NCBI GenBank assembly: GCA_004356895.1
Contig: SMWK01000250.1
Location: 17,164 to 41,163 of the forward strand
Origin: Gammaproteobacteria bacterium
GTDB lineage: Bacteria; Pseudomonadota; Gammaproteobacteria; Pseudomonadales; Azotimanducaceae
Length of the DNA stretch: 24,000 nt
Reading direction: 5' to 3'
Within the stretch, counting starts at the first letter, position 1. Every line of letters starts with the position of its first letter. The notes under the pieces are model-generated. The model did not search any database. It had not been told where the DNA came from and was given only the letters and a program-made list of their open reading frames with translations. Below, in pieces: positions 17,335 to 24,000 of this stretch. The translations under genes were made by a program, and so were the position numbers.

Positions 17335-18852
17335 CTAATCCGCGGCACTCACCTCTACCCCAGAATCCAATATGCGGCGAACCCGCTCCAGCAACGCTTC
17401 TTGCTTGTACGGCTTCTTTAAGAGTTCAAGATCATATTCGTTGATGAAGTCGGATTGTTGGGCATCATAAAAGTAACCACTGGAGAACAGAAACGGCACG
17501 GTCGTATCGGTTTCGCGAATCTTCAGCATGACATCCTTGCCATTCATTTTAGGCATCACTACATCCATCAGAATAAGGCCAATGTCCTTTCTGTGTTGAT
17601 CAAACAATCGCAGCGCATCAAGCCCATCCTTCGCAAGCAACAGATGATATCCGGCCCCCTCTAGCATCCGGGATACGACCGCTCGAACCGGTTCATCATC
17701 CTCCACAATCAGTATCGTCTCTGTTCCTCTATGGGACAAAACCCTGGATTTGGGGTGGGGGCTTGCCTGCACGCGTTCAGTTGCCTCAGGCAGATAAACA
17801 ACAAAATCGGTACCATCTTCGCGCTGGTATGCCGTCACATAACCGCGATGTTGCGTGACGATGCCGTAAACCACCGACAAACCCAGCCCGGTTCCCGTAC
17901 CTTCCAGTTTTGTCGTAAAAAAGGGTTCGAATAACAGTTCGATCTTGTCTGTTGGAATACCAATACCATAGTCTCGTACCACAAGGCGCGAGTAGTTCAC
18001 ATCGAGGTGATCACTCTGTTGATGAATAAACTCGTCATCCGGCCCCACTCGATCCAATATGATATTCAACTGACCACCGTCCGGCATCGAATCCCTCGCG
18101 TTAACAACCAGATTAACTATCACCTGTTCCAACTGGCCACTATCGCCATCGATGTAGTTGTCTTCATTTGTCGTGGTGATGGTTAGATCGATATCTTCGC
18201 GGATCAGCCTGCCTAACATTCCTTCCAACTTGAGAACGAGTTCGTTCAGGTTGATCGATTGTAGATTGAACATCTGGCGGCGACTGAACGCCAGCAACTG
18301 CCCCGTCAACTTGGATGCCCTGAGTGCGGAGCTCATGACACCTTGCAGGTTTTGCCTGACTTCTTCGTTGAGTTCGCTGTTCAGGCTGAGTTCGGTATAA
18401 CCCATGATCGCGACCAGAATGTTGTTGAAGTCGTGGGCAATGCCGCCCGCAAGTTGACCAACGGATTCGATTCGTTGAATGTGGCGAATTTGCGTCTCGA
18501 GTTCGCGGTTGGCTTGTTCTGCCCGTTTGCGTTCTGTGATGTCGCGACTAACACCAAGCAAACAGGCGTCGTTACCGTCTGAGCCGTGCACAATCGTGAC
18601 TCGTGTTTCTATCCATACGTAGTGGCCGTTCTTGTGTGAGATCTCGTATTCGAGGGGGTAGACCCTATCTATTCCCGCCTCCATATCCTTGAATGCCTGC
18701 TCGAGGGTCGTTGTTACCACATGTCTGGTTTCCGGGCTAATCGACGAGAGCACGTCGAGTTCAAGGACCTCTTCGGCCGTATAACCTCTCTGCTGCAGAA
18801 CTGAGGGGCTGCAATAAATTGTTTTCAAATCTAGTGTCAACGTGAACACCAC
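17335..18852 (-). CDS. C-terminal portion of hybrid sensor histidine kinase (PAS, HisKA, HATPase_c, receiver)
   Basis: PAS (TIYCSPSVLQQRGYTAEEV ... GVSRDITERKRAEQ), H-box IAHDFNNILVAIMGYTEL, N/G boxes (NLVVNARDSMP, DYGIGIP, GTGLGLS), and a receiver ILIVEDDEPVR...LILMDVVMPKMNG. The GTG start has no SD and is in frame with the upstream ORF. Confidence 0.8.
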   Translation of the reverse strand: MVFTLTLDLKTIYCSPSVLQQRGYTAEEVLELDVLSSISPETRHVVTTTLEQAFKDMEAGIDRVYPLEYEISHKNGHYVWIETRVTIVHGSDGNDACLLGVSRDITERKRAEQANRELETQIRHIQRIESVGQLAGGIAHDFNNILVAIMGYTELSLNSELNEEVRQNLQGVMSSALRASKLTGQLLAFSRRQMFNLQSINLNELVLKLEGMLGRLIREDIDLTITTTNEDNYIDGDSGQLEQVIVNLVVNARDSMPDGGQLNIILDRVGPDDEFIHQQSDHLDVNYSRLVVRDYGIGIPTDKIELLFEPFFTTKLEGTGTGLGLSVVYGIVTQHRGYVTAYQREDGTDFVVYLPEATERVQASPHPKSRVLSHRGTETILIVEDDEPVRAVVSRMLEGAGYHLLLAKDGLDALRLFDQHRKDIGLILMDVVMPKMNGKDVMLKIRETDTTVPFLFSSGYFYDAQQSDFINEYDLELLKKPYKQEALLERVRRILDSGVEVSAAD

Positions 18853-18876
18853 GTCGGAGACGTTGTCTGCGAGCAG

Positions 18877-19518
18877 TTAATACATCTGCTCGCTTTCCAG
18901 ACTCATCTGGATCGCGTTTTCCTTTTCTTCGACTTCCTGCTCCAGTCTCCTTACCAGGCTGTTGGCATGATTCAGGCTTCTGTTTAGACGGTCCATCAAA
19001 TACACGGTGGCACCACTAATAGCCCCCGCAAATAAAAGCAGACTCAAGTGGTCCCATACCCAACCAGTCCAATTTTCAGGTAATCCGTCGGATTCTGGTT
19101 GTAGCTGCAGCCAACCATTTTGCAAGAGAAATGCGACACTGGAAATCGTAAACAGACAGATAGCGATACTAACAATCGCGCCTCTGGCGCCAATCAACGC
19201 ACTCACGAGAAACGTGGCAAGTACGAAACATTCGATGTGGGCACCATCAAAGCCATCGTCCAACAATTCTGTAACGCCAACGAAGTAAAAAACGCAGAAC
19301 AAGACGTAAGCCCCTACATCGGGCAATTTTTTCTGGAAGTAAATAACGCCGATTAAGAGGAACTCGGCACCGAGGTGGACATAGCGATAGGGTTGGTCTT
19401 GAACAAAGGACCAGGCAACTACTAACGCGCCTACTCCGACTAATACTTTCAGCGAGATCAGGCTCACCTGGGCTCTCAGGGCCGTCAGATCGTCATGGAT
19501 GATCGAGGCGGTATTCAA
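18877..19518 (-). CDS. N-terminal membrane portion of the same sensor kinase (multi-TM plus coiled-coil linker)
   Basis: TTG start. About 5-6 hydrophobic segments, then a heptad-like linker LNHANSLVRRLEQEVEEKENAIQMSLESEQMY that ends at TAA 18877-18879. Confidence 0.6.
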   Translation of the reverse strand: MNTASIIHDDLTALRAQVSLISLKVLVGVGALVVAWSFVQDQPYRYVHLGAEFLLIGVIYFQKKLPDVGAYVLFCVFYFVGVTELLDDGFDGAHIECFVLATFLVSALIGARGAIVSIAICLFTISSVAFLLQNGWLQLQPESDGLPENWTGWVWDHLSLLLFAGAISGATVYLMDRLNRSLNHANSLVRRLEQEVEEKENAIQMSLESEQMY

Positions 19519-19612
19519 GCCAGAATTTTTCTCAGTCAGACAACCTGAGGATATTCCCTAAACAGGTAGTGTCAATCGACAGCGCTCATATCGATACCTC
19601 CGAAGCACGCTG

Positions 19613-20470
19613 CTAGTCGAGTTTCAGCACCTTCCTTGCGTTGTCCCGCAAAAACTTCGGCCAGACTTCGTCTTTGAAAGCCACGTCTTTCATATCGGTC
19701 ATGATCCGTTCAACCGACAGCCCCATCGGGAAATACCCAGCATAAATGACCTTGTCCGCCCCTCGTGAGTTTGCGTACTTGATGATCGCCTCCGGGTAAT
19801 ACTTGGGCGCGAACGCAGAAGTGGAGTAATACAAGTTCGGCCATTTGAGCATGAGTTTCACCGCCAGATCTTCCCAGGGCTCGCAACCGTGACGGGTGAC
19901 AAACACGAGTTCCGGAAAGTCGTACATCACTTTGTCGAGCAATTCCACATGCTGCGGCCACATGGGAAAACGAGGGCCCGGAACCCCGACACACGAAAAA
20001 ATAGGCACATCGAGTTCCACGCACTTGGCATAGATCGGATACATCAGCGCATCGTTAATCCCAACCTGGGGGTTGTATCCGGCATTAAACGCACCGAACG
20101 AACGCACCCCAAATTCCTCGTACTGACGCACCATGTTACGCACGCCCTCCATACCCGTGTTCGGATCCACCGAGCCCTGAGGCACAAAACGATCCGGGTA
20201 GTCGGTCAGTGCCTTACGACTCACATCACCGCCCACGCCGATGAGTCCTATTTCGATATCGAATCGGTCCATTTCGTGGAGCGTGACCGAAATCGGGTCT
20301 TTGCTTCCGTAGAGTTCCTTGGGAACGTTCTTGAACATGTACTCCACTGGAAAATCGAAATCGGTAGAACCGTCTTTGAGCTGTGCACGGATGAAGTCGT
20401 ACTGGGCAAAGTCGCTTGCGGGAAAACCGATCATGGTATCGACGATCCCGAGATTCTGAGGCATGGCCAT
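19613..20470 (-). CDS. amidohydrolase-2 (PF04909-like) family protein, paralog 1
   Basis: Start moved to ATG 20470 (MAMPQNLGIVDTMIGFP), with AGAGG 10 nt upstream. The track's 36-aa extension lies inside the palindromic element. Family-like segments FVTRHGCEPW and the C-terminal FLRDNARKVLKL. Confidence 0.8.
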   Translation of the reverse strand: MAMPQNLGIVDTMIGFPASDFAQYDFIRAQLKDGSTDFDFPVEYMFKNVPKELYGSKDPISVTLHEMDRFDIEIGLIGVGGDVSRKALTDYPDRFVPQGSVDPNTGMEGVRNMVRQYEEFGVRSFGAFNAGYNPQVGINDALMYPIYAKCVELDVPIFSCVGVPGPRFPMWPQHVELLDKVMYDFPELVFVTRHGCEPWEDLAVKLMLKWPNLYYSTSAFAPKYYPEAIIKYANSRGADKVIYAGYFPMGLSVERIMTDMKDVAFKDEVWPKFLRDNARKVLKLD

Positions 20471-20475
20471 GGTTG

Positions 20476-20736
20476 AGGAACCTCTGATTAATTCTCGAAA
20501 GCTCAGAGCATATCGCGCCTGTCCTGCCAAGGCGCGTACCGCGGGTAATGTCGAGCACATTGCCAAGGTGCGCAACACCGGCAGGGCAGGCGCGATATGC
20601 TCCTGAAAGGCACGGACTACGGGGCCTGTGGTGTTGTTACGATTCTTGGCAATGTGCTCGACATTACCTACGAACCGCGCCTAACCACAAGCCCCGTAGT
20701 CCGCGCTGAGCAAACGAGAATTAATCAGAGGTTCCT
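20476..20736. repeat. 261-bp composite palindromic, MITE-like element (modules A-B-C-B'-X-C'-X'-A')
   Basis: A 20476-20497 / A' 20715-20736 is 22/22. B 20506-20528 / B' 20580-20602 is 22/23. C 20544-20567 / C' 20645-20668 is 24/24. X 20613-20625 / X' 20691-20703 is 13/13. TTG lies on both flanks (20473-20475 and 20737-20739). Confidence 0.75.
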
Positions 20737-20740
20737 TTGC

Positions 20741-21955
20741 CTACATCCCATAAAGTGCGCTTTGAAATAGCGAACAGGTTGCGTCCCGTGGAATCTCGTC
20801 GCGCGTTAACGGCTGGTTGACCTGCTCAGGGGTTGGTCCATATTGATCGGCAAGGGGCTTGAGTTTGTCGAGATCGAAGTTGTAGAGCGACGCTGCGTTT
20901 TCACCGAAAAGCATACGCCGCTCACGCTCTGCTACGTCGGCGAAGGTCAATCTCAGGGACTCGAGGTTGTAGGGGAAAGTCCCCTCGTAGTGCGGGTAGT
21001 CATTCCCCCACAACACGTTCTCTGCGCCGATCTCAGCTAAACCATCGAGTTCGGCTTTGCTTGGGAAGCTCGCGCCATACCAACAGCTACGCTGAGCGTA
21101 CTCACTCGGCAGATCTTTCAATACCCAGTCACCATCGTAGTGCATTTCGCCGATCGCACCTGCTTCAATACCCATGTGAATCCGGTCGAGCTGCTTCAAC
21201 ATAGGGCTCACCCACGCGCACCCGGATTCGGTAAGGATGTATTTCAGTTTCGGGAAACGTTCGAACACACCACTCATCAGCAGGTGGCGATAGCCCGCCT
21301 GGCAATAAAAAGTTACCTCCGATATCCACAAGGCTTCGCCGACCAGGCTCCGCCCATAATCGGGCGACCCTTGGCCCGAATGCTGATTGATCACGAGATC
21401 GTGATCCTGGATGGCGGCAAACAGCTTGTCCCAAGCCGGATCGTACAGCGGAGTCAACCAATTACAATCAGGAGGAATCAACGGCAACAACACTCCGCCA
21501 CGTAAACCCGCTTGTGCAATGAACTCAATGTCTTTAATCGCTTCGTCAAGATCATTCGGTAAGATCAAGCCAATTCCAGCTCGCCGGTCCGGATCCTCCG
21601 CGCAGAAATCTTTCAACCAGCGGTTATGCGCACGAATTCCAGCGAGGGCAAGTTCGTAGTCCTCAGGTCTGGGCGGTTGTGCAATGACGATGCTCTTGCT
21701 AAAAAAAGGCGGTACGGTATTCGGGAACACGACCTCTCCCACAACCCCCTGACCGTTCTGATCGTTGGTGCGGATCTCGAGATCCCAGTTCCGCATCTTC
21801 TTGCTGCCGTAGTGTTCTTGCGCTGGATTCTTGTATCCACCACGCCATTCGTCGAACGCCTGTCGATAGGTCGGATCGAGACATTCCCGATATTGTGCGT
21901 GACTACCACCCGCATGCGTATCGGCGGTAATGAGAATGTAGGGATCGTTGCTCAC
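20741..21955 (-). CDS. amidohydrolase-2 (PF04909-like) family protein, paralog 2
   Basis: GTG start with GGGAGGTGG 7 nt upstream. N-terminal ILITADTHAGG, C-terminal LWGNDYPHYEG and MLFGENAASLYNF, all typical of this metal-dependent hydrolase/decarboxylase fold. Confidence 0.85.
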   Translation of the reverse strand: MSNDPYILITADTHAGGSHAQYRECLDPTYRQAFDEWRGGYKNPAQEHYGSKKMRNWDLEIRTNDQNGQGVVGEVVFPNTVPPFFSKSIVIAQPPRPEDYELALAGIRAHNRWLKDFCAEDPDRRAGIGLILPNDLDEAIKDIEFIAQAGLRGGVLLPLIPPDCNWLTPLYDPAWDKLFAAIQDHDLVINQHSGQGSPDYGRSLVGEALWISEVTFYCQAGYRHLLMSGVFERFPKLKYILTESGCAWVSPMLKQLDRIHMGIEAGAIGEMHYDGDWVLKDLPSEYAQRSCWYGASFPSKAELDGLAEIGAENVLWGNDYPHYEGTFPYNLESLRLTFADVAERERRMLFGENAASLYNFDLDKLKPLADQYGPTPEQVNQPLTRDEIPRDATCSLFQSALYGM

Positions 21956-22124
21956 AGCTATCCACCTCCCGTAACTGATGGGTCGAGGATAGTATTTCGA
22001 GATTGTCAGGTCGAGGGATCTACACTGAGTTTCTTTTTATCAAAGCCAGCTGGCAGTCGATTACGCTGGAACAGACCTGTGTTGGCGGCTACATTAGTGA
22101 GGCACTCATTCGCAGAGGGGGAAG

Positions 22125-23288
22125 ATGAAACCGATTTCTGCAGATTCTCACGTGGTTGAAGCCGAAGAGGTTTTTGTTGGGCTCAAAGAACGTTTCGGAG
22201 ATGACGCACCGCGCGTCACAAACGCAGGCACCGAACTGGATGCCATCGTCATTCCTGCAAAAGGGCCACGAGGTATCAGAAAACGCATGGGCTGGGCCGG
22301 CATGCGGCTCCGCGAGGGCGTATCCATCGACAGACGACCCGGCCATAAGCCGGAAGTTGACGAGTTGAATGACGCGGAAGCAGTCGCGACACTAGCCAGA
22401 GGCTACGACGGACTACGTCCCGGAATTCGCGACGGTGCTTGTCGGCCTGACGATCAGGATATCGATGGAGTTGCGGCCGAGTTCTTGTACCCAGGGTTTT
22501 TCGGTATGTTCAGCTTCGAAAACACCGAGCTTCTTGTTGCTTGTCAGCAGAACTACAACGATTGGCTGTACGACTATGCAGACGCGGCAAACGGGAGGTT
22601 ATTCGGGCTTGCGGCAATTCCATTGCAGGATCCCCAAGCCGGGGCTGTAGAACTCGAACGCGTTATCAAAAAAGGTTACAGAGGTGGTTGTATCCCCTGC
22701 TCAGCCCCCGCTGAAAGACCGTATCGGGACGAGTGTTACGAGCCAATCTGGTCGCTGGCGGAGGAAGCCGGTTTCCCCTTGTCCATGCACGTCGGCACCA
22801 ACGCTTATCTACCCTCTCAATTCCGCCAGAAACACGCGATGCGCGACTCTATTTTAGACTACGCCAACGCGCCGACGACCGTACAACGAACGCTCGTTGA
22901 ACTGATTTGCCGAGGGGTCGCCGAGCGCCACCCCAAACTCAAGTTTGTGGTGAGCGAGTTCAACGCAGGGTGGATCGCTCAGTGGCTCGACCGGGTGGAC
23001 CAGGGACTGTTGCGCGACCATCGCTTCAGAATGAAAGAATTCACCGGAGAACGACCCCATGAGGTGTGGAAACGACAGTTTTATGCAACGATCGAGGACG
23101 ACCGCCCGGCGATTCTCACCAGAGAACTGATCGGCATCGACAATCTCATGTGGGGCTCCGACTATCCCCATGTCGATTCGACATGGCCCTGTTCATTAGA
23201 CGTTCTCGACGAGATCTTCGCTGACGTGCCGGACGAGGACAGGGCGAAGATCACCCATGAAAACGTGAAGGCTTTATACCAGCTCTAG
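22125..23288 (+). CDS. amidohydrolase-2 (PF04909-like) family protein, paralog 3
   Basis: ATG preceded by GAGGGGGAAG. N-terminal ISADSHVVE, C-terminal MWGSDYPHVDS and ITHENVKALYQL. Divergent from paralog 2. Confidence 0.85.
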   Translation: MKPISADSHVVEAEEVFVGLKERFGDDAPRVTNAGTELDAIVIPAKGPRGIRKRMGWAGMRLREGVSIDRRPGHKPEVDELNDAEAVATLARGYDGLRPGIRDGACRPDDQDIDGVAAEFLYPGFFGMFSFENTELLVACQQNYNDWLYDYADAANGRLFGLAAIPLQDPQAGAVELERVIKKGYRGGCIPCSAPAERPYRDECYEPIWSLAEEAGFPLSMHVGTNAYLPSQFRQKHAMRDSILDYANAPTTVQRTLVELICRGVAERHPKLKFVVSEFNAGWIAQWLDRVDQGLLRDHRFRMKEFTGERPHEVWKRQFYATIEDDRPAILTRELIGIDNLMWGSDYPHVDSTWPCSLDVLDEIFADVPDEDRAKITHENVKALYQL

Positions 23289-23305
23289 GGTTGACGGAGT
23301 TCATC

Positions 23306-23698
23306 ATGAAAACTCAACCGATGATCACAGTGCGCGATGTCCAATCAAGTAGTCTTTTTTATCAACAGGTGCTGGATGCTAAAAGCGGCCACGGTGGTAC
23401 CGAGTACGAGCAGATCATGCGCGATGACATACTGCTGCTGCAGCTCCATCATCGCGACGCTCACGAGCATCCTCATCTGATTGATGACGATGTTCCGGTC
23501 GGGAACGGAATCTGGCTCTATTTCGTGACCGACCGTTTCGATGACGCAATAGAGCGCCTGCGCGCGTCCGGTGCCGAGATCCTCGAAGGGCCACACGTTA
23601 ATCCTTTAGCCCGGCATCGCGAATGCCTTTTCCTGGATCCCGACGGGTACAAAATCGTGTTCGCGAGTCCCTATGGCGATCTTGGTGAAGATGGCTAG
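23306..23698 (+). CDS. small single-domain VOC (glyoxalase/bleomycin-resistance fold) protein
   Basis: ATG 23306 (MKTQPMITVRDV...) with ACGGAG 7 nt upstream is preferred over the track TTG at 23291. Fold-like pattern ITVRDVQSSSLFYQQVL ... LFLDPDGYKIVF. Confidence 0.7.
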   Translation: MKTQPMITVRDVQSSSLFYQQVLDAKSGHGGTEYEQIMRDDILLLQLHHRDAHEHPHLIDDDVPVGNGIWLYFVTDRFDDAIERLRASGAEILEGPHVNPLARHRECLFLDPDGYKIVFASPYGDLGEDG

Positions 23699-23726
23699 GA
23701 CGGTAAACTCTAATTAGTTCTTGTCC

Positions 23727-23858
23727 GGAAATTCGCTCCTGCGAATTTTCCTCCGTCGGTTTTCTACGAAAACCTCGCATTTTCCTTCGGAAAAAGTAGC
23801 GAACGCCGTGGGCATCCCTGCCCTCCACTAGTGCGGTCTCAGAATGCTCCGCATTCTG
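23727..23858. terminator. array of four short hairpins in a convergent intergenic gap
   Basis: H1 23727-23751 GGAAATTCGC-tcct-GCGAATTTTCC has a one-base bulge. The other three are perfect: H2 23758-23774 GGTTTTC-tac-GAAAACC, H3 23780-23794 TTTTCC-ttc-GGAAAA, H4 23840-23858 CAGAATGC-tcc-GCATTCTG. Confidence 0.35.
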
Positions 23859-23865
23859 GACAGCA

Positions 23866-24000
23866 CTATCTACGAAGATCCCGTAACATACCTTTCAACG
23901 CGTCAATAAACGCAAACGGTTGGTCCAGGAACAGGTGGTGTTTGGCATTTTCGAGTACAACCGCGGGAAAATCCTGGGTAATGAGCTCCCTCATGTATTC
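23866..24000 (-). CDS. alpha/beta-fold hydrolase, C-terminal 44 codons only (5' end outside window)
   Basis: The minus frame reads EYMRELITQDFPAVVLENAKHHLFLDQPFAFIDALKGMLRDLRR*. This is the usual C-terminal catalytic-His segment (..i.nAGH....E.Pe.f...l..fl). Stop TAG at 23866-23868. Not in the ORF track because there is no start in the window. Confidence 0.5.
   Translation of the reverse strand, partial: EYMRELITQDFPAVVLENAKHHLFLDQPFAFIDALKGMLRDLRR

Larger units (their letters stand above)
17335..19518 (-). pseudogene. membrane PAS hybrid histidine kinase interrupted by one in-frame TAA
   Basis: The stop at 18877-18879 and the GTG at 18852 are 27 nt apart in the same frame. Read-through gives ...SLESEQMY*LLADNVSDVVFTLTLDLKTIYCSPSV, a continuous linker-to-PAS junction. 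Confidence 0.55.

Noticed and set aside
20471-20578. 36-codon N-terminal extension of amidohydrolase paralog 1 (MLRTLAMCSTLPAVRALAGQARYALSFRELIRGSST).
   Set aside because: It lies entirely inside arms A, B and C of the palindromic element. The sequence is explained by the repeat structure, not by coding constraint. ATG 20470 has an SD-like AGAGG.
20476-20736. Whether the repeat block could be a CRISPR array or an invertible switch.
   Set aside because: The repeats are inverted, not direct, and have no regular repeat-spacer periodicity. No cas or recombinase gene lies nearby, so neither idea is supported.
20597-20770. 57-aa plus-strand ORF (MLLKGTDYGACGVV...) inside the right half of the palindromic element.
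   Set aside because: It has no SD. It is the mirror consequence of the inverted repeats and runs antisense into the 3' end of paralog 2. It has no recognisable fold.
351-22159. Many long alternate-frame or antisense ORFs in the track that are nested in the called genes. Examples: 351-893 -, 1298-1774 -, 4001-4582 +, 4818-5465 +, 5512-6015 +, 6265-6666 +, 10898-11623 +, 11109-11531 -, 16294-16800 -, 19889-20476 +, 21626-22159 +.
   Set aside because: These are shadow ORFs typical of GC-rich coding DNA. Their translations are R/S/A/P-rich and low-complexity with no family motifs, and each lies fully inside a gene with strong, recognisable signatures on the other frame or strand.
23598-23828. 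76-aa minus-strand ORF overlapping the VOC gene 3' end and the hairpin array.
   Set aside because: The translation is Arg-rich and low-complexity, and the ORF spans palindromic non-coding DNA. There is no SD and no motif.

Overview
This is mostly core chromosomal DNA, probably from a gammaproteobacterium. The taxon is an inference from a Pseudomonas-type NrdA with a double ATP-cone and an NrdB with an MLxWD N-terminus. Gene order: argD (5'-partial) and argF on the + strand. Convergent with them is a minus-strand run of glpK, a membrane GGDEF cyclase, and a 1349-aa PilZ-DUF1631-GGDEF-EAL protein. Next is a ~425-bp regulatory gap with a perfect DnaA box and three NrdR-box-like palindromes, followed by nrdA-nrdB (+). 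A visibly AT-richer ~1.2-kb stretch follows, with no long intact gene: two gene relics, one small conserved ORF and short repeats. After that come a secreted Ntn (penicillin/AHL-type) acylase preceded by a stop/start-overlapping 27-codon uORF, a TfoX_N protein, and a membrane PAS hybrid histidine kinase split by a single in-frame TAA. The window ends with three PF04909-type amidohydrolase paralogs, a small VOC protein and the 3' end of an alpha/beta hydrolase. The most striking non-coding object is a 261-bp block (20476-20736) of four interleaved inverted-repeat pairs with perfect 22-24 bp arms and TTG on both flanks. It sits between two amidohydrolase genes, and one outer arm carries the downstream gene's Shine-Dalgarno while the other is its exact complement. 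I saw no rRNA, tRNA, CRISPR array or intact IS/transposase.
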